From sequence record PZ386958.1: 64,000 bases of DNA. One strand, 5' to 3'. Below, in pieces: positions 45,752 to 54,646 of this stretch. The position numbers and the translations under genes were made by a program. The stretch comes from a phage. Under the pieces are notes generated by a model. That model was not told the origin of the DNA and did not search any database. It worked only from the letters and a program-made list of their open reading frames with translations. The first letter of the stretch is position 1. Each line of letters opens with the position of its first letter.

Positions 45752-47896
45752 ATGAACAAAGTACAGATTATTAAAAAGAATGGCTCACTTGAAGAACCTG
45801 ATATCAAAAAAGTTTTAGCAGCAGTAACTAAGTCAGCTAACAGGGTTGGTTATAAAGAACTTCCACCAGATGTTACCCAAGCTCTTGAGTCAGCATTTAT
45901 GAGGATTCTGGTAAAGTCCACTAAGCAGAATAATTTGCTCATCTCGGTAAATGACATTCACAGTATTGTTGAGGGTGCTTTGGCAGAAGTCAACCACGAG
46001 ATTTACGAGTCTTACTCAACATATAGAAATTACCGTAAAGAGGTTGCTCAAAATTGGGATGAGCTTTACCAAAAGACTAGAGATACACTCTTCTTAGGTG
46101 ACCGTGAAAATGCTAACTTTGACAGTAGTCTAATTTCTACAAAAGGTTCAATTATTCGTGGTTATCTGACTAAAGAAATCTTTAAGCAGTACCATTTAAC
46201 ACCAGAGGAACTTGAAGCCATTGAAAAAGGGTTTATCTATATTCATGATTTAAGAGACCTTATTTTTGGTGGTATCAACTGTTGCCTGTTTGACATTGGT
46301 AAAGTACTAAAAGGTGGCTTTGAGATGTCTGGAATTGAATACTGTGAACCGAAGTCTGTGCTGTCAGCCTTACAGGTTATTGGTGATGTAGTTCTTTCAG
46401 CAACTGCACAGCAATTTGGCGGCTTTACTTTAGCAGAGCTTGATAAGGTACTTGTACCGTATGCTAAGAAGTCTCTACGTTACCATGCTGAGAAAGCAGC
46501 ATCTTATGGTATTCCTAAAGAACATTACCATAATTATGTCATGGAGCAGCTACAGCTTGAATTGACTCAAGGTTTTCAATCACTTGAGATGAAACTAAAT
46601 ACTGTACCTTGCAGCCGTGGTGATTTTGCATTCACAACTTTAACATTTGGTTTACTTGACTCAGACATGTCTAATGAAGACAACCGGCTACAATACATGA
46701 TTGCAAACACTATTCTTGATGTTCGTATGAATGGACAAGGTAAGAGTAAGAAGCCTGTTGTATTCCCTAAACTGGTTTATATTTATGACCAGAAGAGACA
46801 CGATGAGAATATCTGTCAAGGCCAACTGTACAGTAAAGCTATTGAGTGTTGCTCTAAAGCAATGTATCCAGATTTCTTAAGTGTATCTGGTCATGGTGCT
46901 GTAGCAGAGGCTTTTGAGCGTTCTGGCAAGGTAATTTCACCGATGGGTTGCAGAGCTTTCTTATCCCCATATCTTAACGAGAATGGAGAAGAGTTCTACG
47001 TTGGTCGTGCTAACATTGGTGCTGTATCTTTGAACTTACCAATGATTTACCAGTATTCTAAAGAGAATGGTTTAGATTTCTGGAAAGAGCTTGATAAGTA
47101 CCTAGAGATGATTCGCAGCTTCCACAAGAAACGCTACGAAATGATTGCTAATATGCCAGCAAGTTCTAACCCTCTTGCATTCACACAAGGTGGTCTGTAC
47201 AAAGGGACTAAGAAACCTACTGACAAGGTTGGTTGGGATATCGTGAAGTCCTTCACAGCTTCTTTTGGGGTTACTGCGCTTGATGAGTTATCTGTTCTTG
47301 CTGAAGGTAAACGACTTCATGAAGTTGGAAGTTCTAGTTTTGCATACGATGTTCTGGCATACATTAACATGAAAACTGAAGAGTTTAAGAATGAAGATGG
47401 CTTCCTGTATGCAGTATATGGCACTCCAGCAGAGTCATTGTGTGGAACTCAGCTAAAACAGTTCAGAGATATGTTTGGCGTTATCAAAGGTGTTTCTGAT
47501 AAGGAATACTTTACAAACAGTTTCCATATGAATGTTGCAGCAGATATCTCACCATTTGAGAAGCAGGACTTAGAAGAACCATTCTTCCATATCTGTAGAG
47601 GCGGCAGAATCCAGTATGTAAGGGTAGCTAACCCAGAAAACTTAACAGCACTTAAAAGTTGTATTACAAGAGGGATGTTGAAAGGTTTCTATCAGGGACT
47701 TAACTTTGACTTAGCAATCTGCGAACATTGTGGCAACAGACCAAAGGCTGATGTTGAAGAATGTGAGGTTTGCCATTCACATGACATCTCTGTGATTAAC
47801 AGAGTGTGTGGGTATCTTGGGTGGACTAAGATTAAAGGTGAATCCCGAATGAATGATGCAAAAATTGCTGAGATTCGTGATAGGGTTTCTATGTAA
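45752..47896 (+). CDS. nrdD: anaerobic ribonucleotide reductase (class III)
   Basis: C-terminal zinc ribbon CEHCGNRP ... CEVCHSHD followed by the glycine-radical region RVCGYLG; 714 aa. Confidence 0.85.
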   Translation: MNKVQIIKKNGSLEEPDIKKVLAAVTKSANRVGYKELPPDVTQALESAFMRILVKSTKQNNLLISVNDIHSIVEGALAEVNHEIYESYSTYRNYRKEVAQNWDELYQKTRDTLFLGDRENANFDSSLISTKGSIIRGYLTKEIFKQYHLTPEELEAIEKGFIYIHDLRDLIFGGINCCLFDIGKVLKGGFEMSGIEYCEPKSVLSALQVIGDVVLSATAQQFGGFTLAELDKVLVPYAKKSLRYHAEKAASYGIPKEHYHNYVMEQLQLELTQGFQSLEMKLNTVPCSRGDFAFTTLTFGLLDSDMSNEDNRLQYMIANTILDVRMNGQGKSKKPVVFPKLVYIYDQKRHDENICQGQLYSKAIECCSKAMYPDFLSVSGHGAVAEAFERSGKVISPMGCRAFLSPYLNENGEEFYVGRANIGAVSLNLPMIYQYSKENGLDFWKELDKYLEMIRSFHKKRYEMIANMPASSNPLAFTQGGLYKGTKKPTDKVGWDIVKSFTASFGVTALDELSVLAEGKRLHEVGSSSFAYDVLAYINMKTEEFKNEDGFLYAVYGTPAESLCGTQLKQFRDMFGVIKGVSDKEYFTNSFHMNVAADISPFEKQDLEEPFFHICRGGRIQYVRVANPENLTALKSCITRGMLKGFYQGLNFDLAICEHCGNRPKADVEECEVCHSHDISVINRVCGYLGWTKIKGESRMNDAKIAEIRDRVSM

Positions 47897-47905
47897 AACT
47901 TGACA

Positions 47906-47944
47906 AGGTGGTGTGAGTCTTGATAGGCTTACATCACCTTTTTA
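47906..47944 (+). terminator. rho-independent terminator overlapping a TTGACAAGG motif
   Basis: 12-bp stem AGGTGGTGTGAG / CTTACATCACCT (two G-U) then TTTTT; TTGACA immediately 5' at 47900-47905. Confidence 0.5.
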
Positions 47945-48049
47945 TTGGATGTTAGATATGGCAGAGAGCATCATTGGCCTGTTCATAGGTTCTGTCTTAC
48001 TGGGGTTCTTTTTAGGACTCTCTTATTGTGAGTTGAGAGATAAGTTAAA

Positions 48050-48250
48050 ATGTTTAAAATATCAAAAACGTTGATATACATACTTCACATTCTAATCTTC
48101 TTCTTTGGAGTTAGTGTTATGGTATGGGGTTTTTCAGACCCACAATGGAGTTTCACATATCATGGTCAGATGGATTTATGGTCATGCTTCAAACCATTTT
48201 TAGGGTTAGCTATAGCATTCAGTGTATTGCCAACTAAGGTGAAATTATGA
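48050..48250 (+). CDS. small membrane protein (hypothetical)
   Basis: 66 aa with hydrophobic segments. Confidence 0.3.
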   Translation: MFKISKTLIYILHILIFFFGVSVMVWGFSDPQWSFTYHGQMDLWSCFKPFLGLAIAFSVLPTKVKL

Positions 48251-48642
48251 TTAAGTTGAACAAAAAACAGTTAGAGTGGATTAAAGATTACGCCTCAGAG
48301 TGTGACTCTTGCGAAAAGAATCACGTAAGATACTCAACATTCCATACGGTCTTCACATTGTACATAGGTGACAACGTTCTAAGTGATTCCGTAGAAGATG
48401 GTGTAGCGTTGCCTAATGAATTGCTTGACAAATTAGCTATAGTCACTGGAACTTGGTCTGAAGAAGACGGTCATGAATTATTTGACAATGTTGTCTTCTA
48501 CACCATTGAAAATATTATGAATCCAGAGTACATTATGCTAATGACGTGTGCACAAGACTGTGTGCCATTACAAAACTTCATTAAAGAACACTGTGAAGAA
48601 TTTATTACTAAACAAGTTCCTTGTCAGGTAGTGTTTGAATGA
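48247..48642 (+). CDS. hypothetical Cys-containing protein
   Basis: 131 aa ORF. Confidence 0.35.
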   Translation: MIKLNKKQLEWIKDYASECDSCEKNHVRYSTFHTVFTLYIGDNVLSDSVEDGVALPNELLDKLAIVTGTWSEEDGHELFDNVVFYTIENIMNPEYIMLMTCAQDCVPLQNFIKEHCEEFITKQVPCQVVFE

Positions 48643-48677
48643 GTAAAACAATTAAATAATATTGGTGAGGTAACGAG

Positions 48678-49163
48678 ATGAATTACATGGAGATTCGACC
48701 ATTTGACACAGCTAATGGTGAAGGGGTTCGGATAAGCCTCTTCGTAGCTGGCTGTAAACATCACTGTGAAGGCTGCTTTAACAGGGAGTCTTGGAAGTTT
48801 AATGCTGGTAAAGGGTTTACTTATGCAAACCTCTACGGCATCATTAAGTTAATGGATGATGAGGCCATAAGTGGGTTGTCAATACTCGGTGGAGAACCTC
48901 TGGATGATAGAAATATTCGAGAGGTCACCAACATTTGTAAACGTATTAAAACTGTTTACCCAGAAAAGTCTATCTGGCTCTGGACAGGTTTCCAGTTACA
49001 CGAAAAAATCCACCTAGATGTGATGAAATATGTTGACGTGGTGATTGATGGTAAGTATGATTCATCTAAACCAACAGTTAAACCATATCGTGGTTCAGAC
49101 AACCAAAACTTGTGGAGAAAAGAGTATGGATGGCAAGGTGATTGTCAATGGCGAGCAGAATAA
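48678..49163 (+). CDS. nrdG: anaerobic ribonucleotide reductase activating protein (radical SAM)
   Basis: CxxxCxxC cluster motif CKHHCEGC near the N-terminus; 161 aa; downstream of nrdD. Confidence 0.75.
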   Translation: MNYMEIRPFDTANGEGVRISLFVAGCKHHCEGCFNRESWKFNAGKGFTYANLYGIIKLMDDEAISGLSILGGEPLDDRNIREVTNICKRIKTVYPEKSIWLWTGFQLHEKIHLDVMKYVDVVIDGKYDSSKPTVKPYRGSDNQNLWRKEYGWQGDCQWRAE

Positions 49164-49503
49164 ATCTCGTCGTAAAATTGGCTACGGTAAAGGTGAGATA
49201 ATGATTATCTCTTTTAATAGTGCTTTATTAGGCACTTATAAGGTCAAGACCGAACTCCTTGATGAGTGGAAAAAGTATACAAACTCACTGTTCGGTAATG
49301 TTGGAATGGAAGCTTTAGCAGAGATTGAGAAGGCGGGAACATTCGAAGTTGTTGGTAAAGGCCACTTTACAATGTTCTACAGAACAAACCTAAACGTTGG
49401 TGACAGTATTGTTGGTGTCACTGAAGAAGAACTTAAAACATTTTGTGAAAAGATTGAGAGAGATACGAAATGGGAATCTGGAACAGTTTTAAATCAAAAA
49501 TAA
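49126..49503 (+). CDS. hypothetical protein
   Basis: ATG at 49126 preceded by GGAG; overlaps the nrdG 3' end in another frame. Confidence 0.3.
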   Translation: MDGKVIVNGEQNKSRRKIGYGKGEIMIISFNSALLGTYKVKTELLDEWKKYTNSLFGNVGMEALAEIEKAGTFEVVGKGHFTMFYRTNLNVGDSIVGVTEEELKTFCEKIERDTKWESGTVLNQK

Positions 49504-49718
49504 AAGCAGCACTGGCATCACTAGGTATGCTCACTGGTGTTGACGTTACTCATCTCATGCAGAACTTCAAGATGGATGAGAAACTAGCTAATGAGATTAT
49601 GGAAAGCATCTACGTAGGTCGTGGAAAAGGTGGTAAAAAACAAGCACATCGACCAACTGGTGCAGCAGCAATTAAACGTGCAGCTAAGAAAGCTCGTAAC
49701 CGTAAACGTAACAAATAA
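49470..49718 (+). CDS. hypothetical protein with basic C-terminus
   Basis: 82 aa, Lys/Arg-rich tail. Confidence 0.3.
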   Translation: MGIWNSFKSKIKAALASLGMLTGVDVTHLMQNFKMDEKLANEIMESIYVGRGKGGKKQAHRPTGAAAIKRAAKKARNRKRNK

Positions 49719-49729
49719 GGGTAGCTAAC

Positions 49730-50041
49730 ATGAAAAAGATTTATAACACTCGTAAGATTCAGATTGCAGTTCTGTGTCAGTTTATGGTTGAGCAACATAA
49801 CGCACATTATTGTGGTACGGGATTTCTAACCTTTGGTGGTGAACACATCCCATTTAAGAAAGCTGTGAAGATGTACAATGAATCTCTTGATGGTAGTAAA
49901 GAGCTAGAACAGCTTAAACTAACTTACAACAAGAAAGACAAGAAGATTGTATGTCTAAACCATTCTATTAAACCTACAAATTACATTATAAGCAACATTG
50001 GTGAAGAAGGATTCCTCAAAGTGTTGAAAATCTCACAGTAA
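49730..50041 (+). CDS. hypothetical protein
   Basis: 103 aa ORF followed by a terminator. Confidence 0.35.
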   Translation: MKKIYNTRKIQIAVLCQFMVEQHNAHYCGTGFLTFGGEHIPFKKAVKMYNESLDGSKELEQLKLTYNKKDKKIVCLNHSIKPTNYIISNIGEEGFLKVLKISQ

Positions 50042-50053
50042 GACTATATGATT

Positions 50054-50086
50054 AGGGAACTGTAAAGGTTCCCTTTTTATTTTTAT
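50054..50086 (+). terminator. rho-independent terminator
   Basis: AGGGAAC / GTTCCCT stem followed by TTTTTATTTTTAT. Confidence 0.6.
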
Positions 50087-50095
50087 GGAGGCACT

Positions 50096-50611
50096 ATGTA
50101 TCTGTCAAACCTGAAACGTTCGGCTGCAATGTCAGTTCTAAGACTCAGTTTTGAGGAACGTCAAGAGTTCATTGACTCCCACCAATACGACCCTTCTAAC
50201 TCAAATCACATGATTCTTTGGAATCGTGATAACTTCCGTGAAAGAGCACTTGTCCGTTATTACCCACACTACACAATAGACAACCTGTATGAATGGTGTG
50301 TCGTGAAGAACACTATTGCAACACTGAACAATCTTTGCAGGTATACAGGTAAGCAAACATTCACACTAGGCCATCATAAACCTGTTACAAAAGGTGGTGA
50401 GCATCACTGTGCGAACTGGTTTATCCAAACTAAAGCTGATAACCAGAAGCAAGGAGATAACCTCCTAAGCACTCCTAAGATGACCTATGAAGAGCAAGAG
50501 AAATATATCAAAAATAATATGCCAGATGTGCTTGACAACAACTATACAGATTTGGCAATATCTCTCCTGTTGAAGTTCGAGACAGTTTATAGGGCAACTT
50601 ACAATGGCTAA
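50096..50611 (+). CDS. HNH nuclease domain protein (putative)
   Basis: GHHKPVTKGGEHHCANWFIQTKADNQKQGDN resembles an HNH core (HH ... N ... N). Confidence 0.4.
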   Translation: MYLSNLKRSAAMSVLRLSFEERQEFIDSHQYDPSNSNHMILWNRDNFRERALVRYYPHYTIDNLYEWCVVKNTIATLNNLCRYTGKQTFTLGHHKPVTKGGEHHCANWFIQTKADNQKQGDNLLSTPKMTYEEQEKYIKNNMPDVLDNNYTDLAISLLLKFETVYRATYNG

Positions 50612-50882
50612 AGAGAAGTGGGAGATTTTACCACTAGTCAGTGAGGGTGGGAATGGTTGTGAAATGTACATAATACGTGGTCATGTTCCAGAACCAATTG
50701 CACTTGAGATGATAAACAATTTTACAGATGGTTCTTACAAAGATTTAGGAGAGCCAACTATAAAGCATCAATGGGTCAAACCTGTACCAGACAGCACAGG
50801 TAACTGTAGTGTACTTTATCACGTTGTAGACCCTGCAAAATGCAAATCTGCAATGGCAGTAACAAACATAACCTTTGATTGA
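50604..50882 (+). CDS. hypothetical protein
   Basis: 92 aa ORF translationally coupled to the Prs-like gene. Confidence 0.3.
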   Translation: MAKEKWEILPLVSEGGNGCEMYIIRGHVPEPIALEMINNFTDGSYKDLGEPTIKHQWVKPVPDSTGNCSVLYHVVDPAKCKSAMAVTNITFD

Positions 50883-51775
50883 GAGAGAAAACTATGAAAA
50901 CTGTTATTGAAGTCGTTGTCACCGCACAAGAGAAATTCTTCCACACAGAAAAATTTAATATCATCCAATTCCCATCTGGAGAAATTGGTGGAAACTTCTC
51001 TGAAGATTTTGTTAAGTTTACTGAGCGTAATGCTGGTAAGGTTGACAATGTTATACTTACTGTGCAGGGATATGATAAAGATACACTGTTTGCATTAGCT
51101 TTGGCTAAGGATGCCGTTGACAGTCTTGTCCCACATAAATCAGCGATGAAAACCGTTGTTTTCGGGTTCTTACCGAATGCTCGATATGACCGACATATGT
51201 TCAAAGGTGATTCAGCAGCACTGAAAGCTTTTGCCAACCTCGTTAATGCAATGGGCTTTGATGCAGTATGTGCTCTTGACCCTCACAGTAATGTTGCAGA
51301 AAACTTATTTAAGTGCTTTCAGAGCATGAAGCAAAAAGATGTGGCAGTACACTTTGCAAGTGACCCGCGCATTGATTTCTTGGTAGCCCCAGATGCAGGT
51401 GCAGCTAAGAAGACTGAAGAGACTGCTAAAGAGGTGGATAAACCATACATCACAATGACTAAAATGCGTAACCTTAAGACTGGTGAAATTACTGGTATGC
51501 GAATCCTTGATGATGTTGATTTGACCGATAAAACTGTTATGATTCTCGACGATATCTGTGATGGTGGTCGAACCTTCATAGAAGCAGCTAAACATCTTCG
51601 TGAAGCAGGTGCAAAACGTGTGGAACTCTATGTAACTCATGGCATTTTCTCTAAAGGTGTTGAAAGCTTACTTGACAATGGCATTGACCATATCTACACT
51701 ACAAACACTTTAGGTGAAGCTAAAGACCGTGGCTTAACACATTATGGCCAAGTTACTGTAGCAACCATTGATTAG
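50879..51775 (+). CDS. ribose-phosphate pyrophosphokinase homologue (PRPP synthetase fold; possibly an ADPR-pyrophosphate synthetase)
   Basis: Prs-like architecture with PRPP-binding loop MILDDICDGGRTF and an upstream ARYDRH / DPHS region; 298 aa. Confidence 0.75.
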   Translation: MREKTMKTVIEVVVTAQEKFFHTEKFNIIQFPSGEIGGNFSEDFVKFTERNAGKVDNVILTVQGYDKDTLFALALAKDAVDSLVPHKSAMKTVVFGFLPNARYDRHMFKGDSAALKAFANLVNAMGFDAVCALDPHSNVAENLFKCFQSMKQKDVAVHFASDPRIDFLVAPDAGAAKKTEETAKEVDKPYITMTKMRNLKTGEITGMRILDDVDLTDKTVMILDDICDGGRTFIEAAKHLREAGAKRVELYVTHGIFSKGVESLLDNGIDHIYTTNTLGEAKDRGLTHYGQVTVATID

Positions 51776-51783
51776 GTAACAGT

Positions 51784-52275
51784 ATGAATAAGGGTTATTT
51801 TGAAAAATACCTAATATATGAACCAGATACAGGTTTATTAATTTGGAGAGTAACCCTTTGCAGTACCGCTATTGCTGGTAATGTGGCTGGCACAAGGTCT
51901 AAGAAGGGTTATATCCAAGTCCAGATAAATAAGAAGAGGTACTATGCACATAATATTGCATGGATTATGTCTGGAGGTGAGATACCAAGTGGATATGAGG
52001 TAGACCACATAGACCTTGATAAAGCTAATAATAAGTTGGAGAACTTAAGACTTAGCACAAAGTCACAAAATCAGAGGAATAGAGGTATATACAAGAATAA
52101 TAAAACTGGTGTGAAGGGTGTAAGTTTTTGTAAACAAACAGGTCTTTACAAAGCAAGAGTCATGCTTTACCATAAAGAATACTTTTGTGGAAGATTTAAA
52201 ACGGTAGAAGAAGCAAAAGAAGCTGTAATTAAAAAGCGAATAGAACTTCATGGTGAGTTTGCAAGACATAACTAA
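51784..52275 (+). CDS. HNH homing endonuclease with AP2-like DNA-binding region
   Basis: YEPDTGLLIW, KRYYAHNIAW, VDHIDLDKANNKLENLR, TGVKGVSF, ELHGEF; paralogue of 38971..39471; inserted between the Prs-like and Nampt-like genes. Confidence 0.7.
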   Translation: MNKGYFEKYLIYEPDTGLLIWRVTLCSTAIAGNVAGTRSKKGYIQVQINKKRYYAHNIAWIMSGGEIPSGYEVDHIDLDKANNKLENLRLSTKSQNQRNRGIYKNNKTGVKGVSFCKQTGLYKARVMLYHKEYFCGRFKTVEEAKEAVIKKRIELHGEFARHN

Positions 52276-52289
52276 GAGAGAGATAAAAT

Positions 52290-54071
52290 ATGAGTAAGTC
52301 ACTTTACGCAGTACCAGCAGGTCTTAATGCAGATGCTTACAAGGCATCACATATATATCAGTATCCAGATGCTACGCAATATCTTATGTTGAACCTGACA
52401 CCACGTAGTGACAAATGGTTTAACAGTCCCTTAGCAATTGATGGTGTAGTGGCTTTTGGTATTCAACGTTTTGTTAAAGATTACTTGATAGACCACTGGA
52501 ATACCACCTTCTTTGAACGTGACAAAAAAGAAGCAATTGACGAAATCTTAGAAGTCATGAATGGTGTTCTGGGTAAAGATGCTATTGGTCGAGAACATTG
52601 GGAAGCACTTCACGACTTAGGTTATCTACCAGTTGAAGTATACGCTGTAGAAGAAGGCACAGTTGTCCCTATGCGTGTACCAATGATTGTCTTCCAGAAC
52701 ACTGTTTCGGGTTTCCATTGGGTAGCGGGGTATCTGGAAGATGCTTTCTCTGCTGAGATTTGGAAGGCTTGTACCATTGCAACTATTGCATTGCACTACA
52801 AACGTATCTGTAAGAAGTGGGCTGACCTTACTTGTGACAACGCCTTACATTTACCTTACCAGTGCCATGACTTTGCCATGCGTGGTATGTCTGGCTTTAC
52901 TGATGACGCATTTAACGCTGTAGGTCACTTAACCAGCTTTAAAGGGACTGATAGCTTCCCTGCTGTGTATACAGCTAAACGCATCTATGGACAGTCCTAC
53001 CCAATCTCTGATATTGGTAGTTCTGTACCAGCCACTGAACACTCTGTAATGTGTGCAAACATTGCTTGGGAAGGTGGTAACGAGTTGATTGAAGAAGAAA
53101 GACGCTTTAAAGGTGAGTTACAAACCTTCCGTCGTTTCTTAACAGAGACTTACCCGACTGGTATTGCAAGTGTTGTTTCAGACACTTATAACTTCTGGAG
53201 AACTGTATCAGTCATATTACCAGAACTCCGTAAAGAGATTATGGAACGTGATGGAAAACTGGTAATTCGTCCTGACTCTGGAGACCCTGTACATATTGTC
53301 ACAGGCTATAAAGCAATCCACTTAGAGTGTGCTAAAAAGGCTTATTACGAACACCTAAGCAAGCTGGAAGCCAGCGACACAATGTTGAATGCTGTTCTGA
53401 ACATGAAGCTTGAAAACATCAATTATGGTATTGCTGGATGGCTATTGTCAGAAGGCTACGAAATGGTTGTTGACAGAGAAGACTTTGAAGTTGCTGATAC
53501 AGTGCTGTTGAAAAATGCTTATATGGTTGGTTCTGCAAACGTTGTAACACGTCCTGTAGCGGAGATTGATGGAGCTATCAAGACACTGTATAACATCTTT
53601 GGAGGAACTATCAACGCTAAAGGTTTTAAAGTACTGGATGAGCATATCGGACTTATTTATGGTGACTCTATCACGTTGGAACGTGCAAACGAAATCCTGA
53701 AGCGTTTGTATGAAATGGGTTTTGCAAGCTCTAACGTAGTGTTTGGTGTAGGTTCTTACACTTACCAGTACATGACTCGTGACACCTTTGCATTTGCTGT
53801 CAAAGCAACTCTTGCAAGCATTGGTGGTAAAGAGATTATGCTTGCAAAAGACCCTAAAACAGATAGCGGTGTTAAGAAGTCTGCTTTTGGTGGTGTAGCA
53901 CCTATGTGGGATGGTGATAAACTGAAAGCTGTAGATGGCTATGGATTCCAGAGCTTTGCAGATGTGCTTGAACATCCAGCTTGTGCTTTACGTTTAGTCT
54001 TTAGCGACTCTGAGCAGTTCGGTTACACAACTCTTGGTGATATTCGAAATAATATTGACAAGCAACTTTAA
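52290..54071 (+). CDS. nicotinamide phosphoribosyltransferase family protein (Nampt/NadV-like)
   Basis: Nampt signatures DAYKASHIYQYP, LHDFAMRGMSG, FKGTDSFPAV, SVPATEHSVM, VVSDTYNFW, VIRPDSGDPV; 593 aa. Confidence 0.8.
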   Translation: MSKSLYAVPAGLNADAYKASHIYQYPDATQYLMLNLTPRSDKWFNSPLAIDGVVAFGIQRFVKDYLIDHWNTTFFERDKKEAIDEILEVMNGVLGKDAIGREHWEALHDLGYLPVEVYAVEEGTVVPMRVPMIVFQNTVSGFHWVAGYLEDAFSAEIWKACTIATIALHYKRICKKWADLTCDNALHLPYQCHDFAMRGMSGFTDDAFNAVGHLTSFKGTDSFPAVYTAKRIYGQSYPISDIGSSVPATEHSVMCANIAWEGGNELIEEERRFKGELQTFRRFLTETYPTGIASVVSDTYNFWRTVSVILPELRKEIMERDGKLVIRPDSGDPVHIVTGYKAIHLECAKKAYYEHLSKLEASDTMLNAVLNMKLENINYGIAGWLLSEGYEMVVDREDFEVADTVLLKNAYMVGSANVVTRPVAEIDGAIKTLYNIFGGTINAKGFKVLDEHIGLIYGDSITLERANEILKRLYEMGFASSNVVFGVGSYTYQYMTRDTFAFAVKATLASIGGKEIMLAKDPKTDSGVKKSAFGGVAPMWDGDKLKAVDGYGFQSFADVLEHPACALRLVFSDSEQFGYTTLGDIRNNIDKQL

Positions 54072-54085
54072 AAGTATATGATAAG

Positions 54086-54111
54086 AGGCTCCTACGGGAG
54101 CCTTTTTAATT
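54086..54111 (+). terminator. rho-independent terminator
   Basis: AGGCTCC TACG GGAGCCT then TTTTAATTT. Confidence 0.6.
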
Positions 54112-54124
54112 TCTGGAGAAGATT

Positions 54125-54460
54125 ATGAAAATCAAAGAGATGAACATCAACATTGTCTTAGAAGAACGTTGGGAGAACATCAAGAAGCCTGAAGATGGTC
54201 ATAAGTTCCTTAACAAAATCTTGGTAGCAGCTAAAGAAGAACTGACTGGCAAGGTCTCAGCAGCAATCACAATAAAGGTCTGCGTAAAAGGTCTTCCGCA
54301 ACATCACCAATTTGCACTTGACGAGTTTAAAGAGAGCTTCTATAATCCAAACAAACAGATGCTTGAAAGTAACTTTGCAGTGTCTACAAGTATCGTCCAT
54401 GACAGAAGCTTTATCCTTTACAAAAATATGAGAGGTGAGTCATGCAAGCATATTGGATAG
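54125..54460 (+). CDS. hypothetical protein
   Basis: 111 aa ORF. Confidence 0.35.
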   Translation: MKIKEMNINIVLEERWENIKKPEDGHKFLNKILVAAKEELTGKVSAAITIKVCVKGLPQHHQFALDEFKESFYNPNKQMLESNFAVSTSIVHDRSFILYKNMRGESCKHIG

Positions 54461-54618
54461 AAATTTTACTGTCACTTGGTAGTGTAGCAGTATTTGTTTA
54501 CCTTCTTTGCAAGTACTATGCAGAACACAAAAAATGTGACTTCTGTAATGGGGAAGGTTATACAAGAGCAGGTTGCTGCCCTATGTGTGGTGGTTCTGGT
54601 AAAATGTTTAATAAGTAA
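54442..54618 (+). CDS. small membrane-anchored zinc-ribbon peptide (58 aa, below ORF-track cutoff)
   Basis: ATG at 54442 preceded by AGAGGTGAG; hydrophobic N-terminus then CDFCNGEG ... CPMCGGSG. Confidence 0.3.
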   Translation: MQAYWIEILLSLGSVAVFVYLLCKYYAEHKKCDFCNGEGYTRAGCCPMCGGSGKMFNK

Positions 54619-54646
54619 TTTAACAGTAAACTAAGAGGAAAGTATT

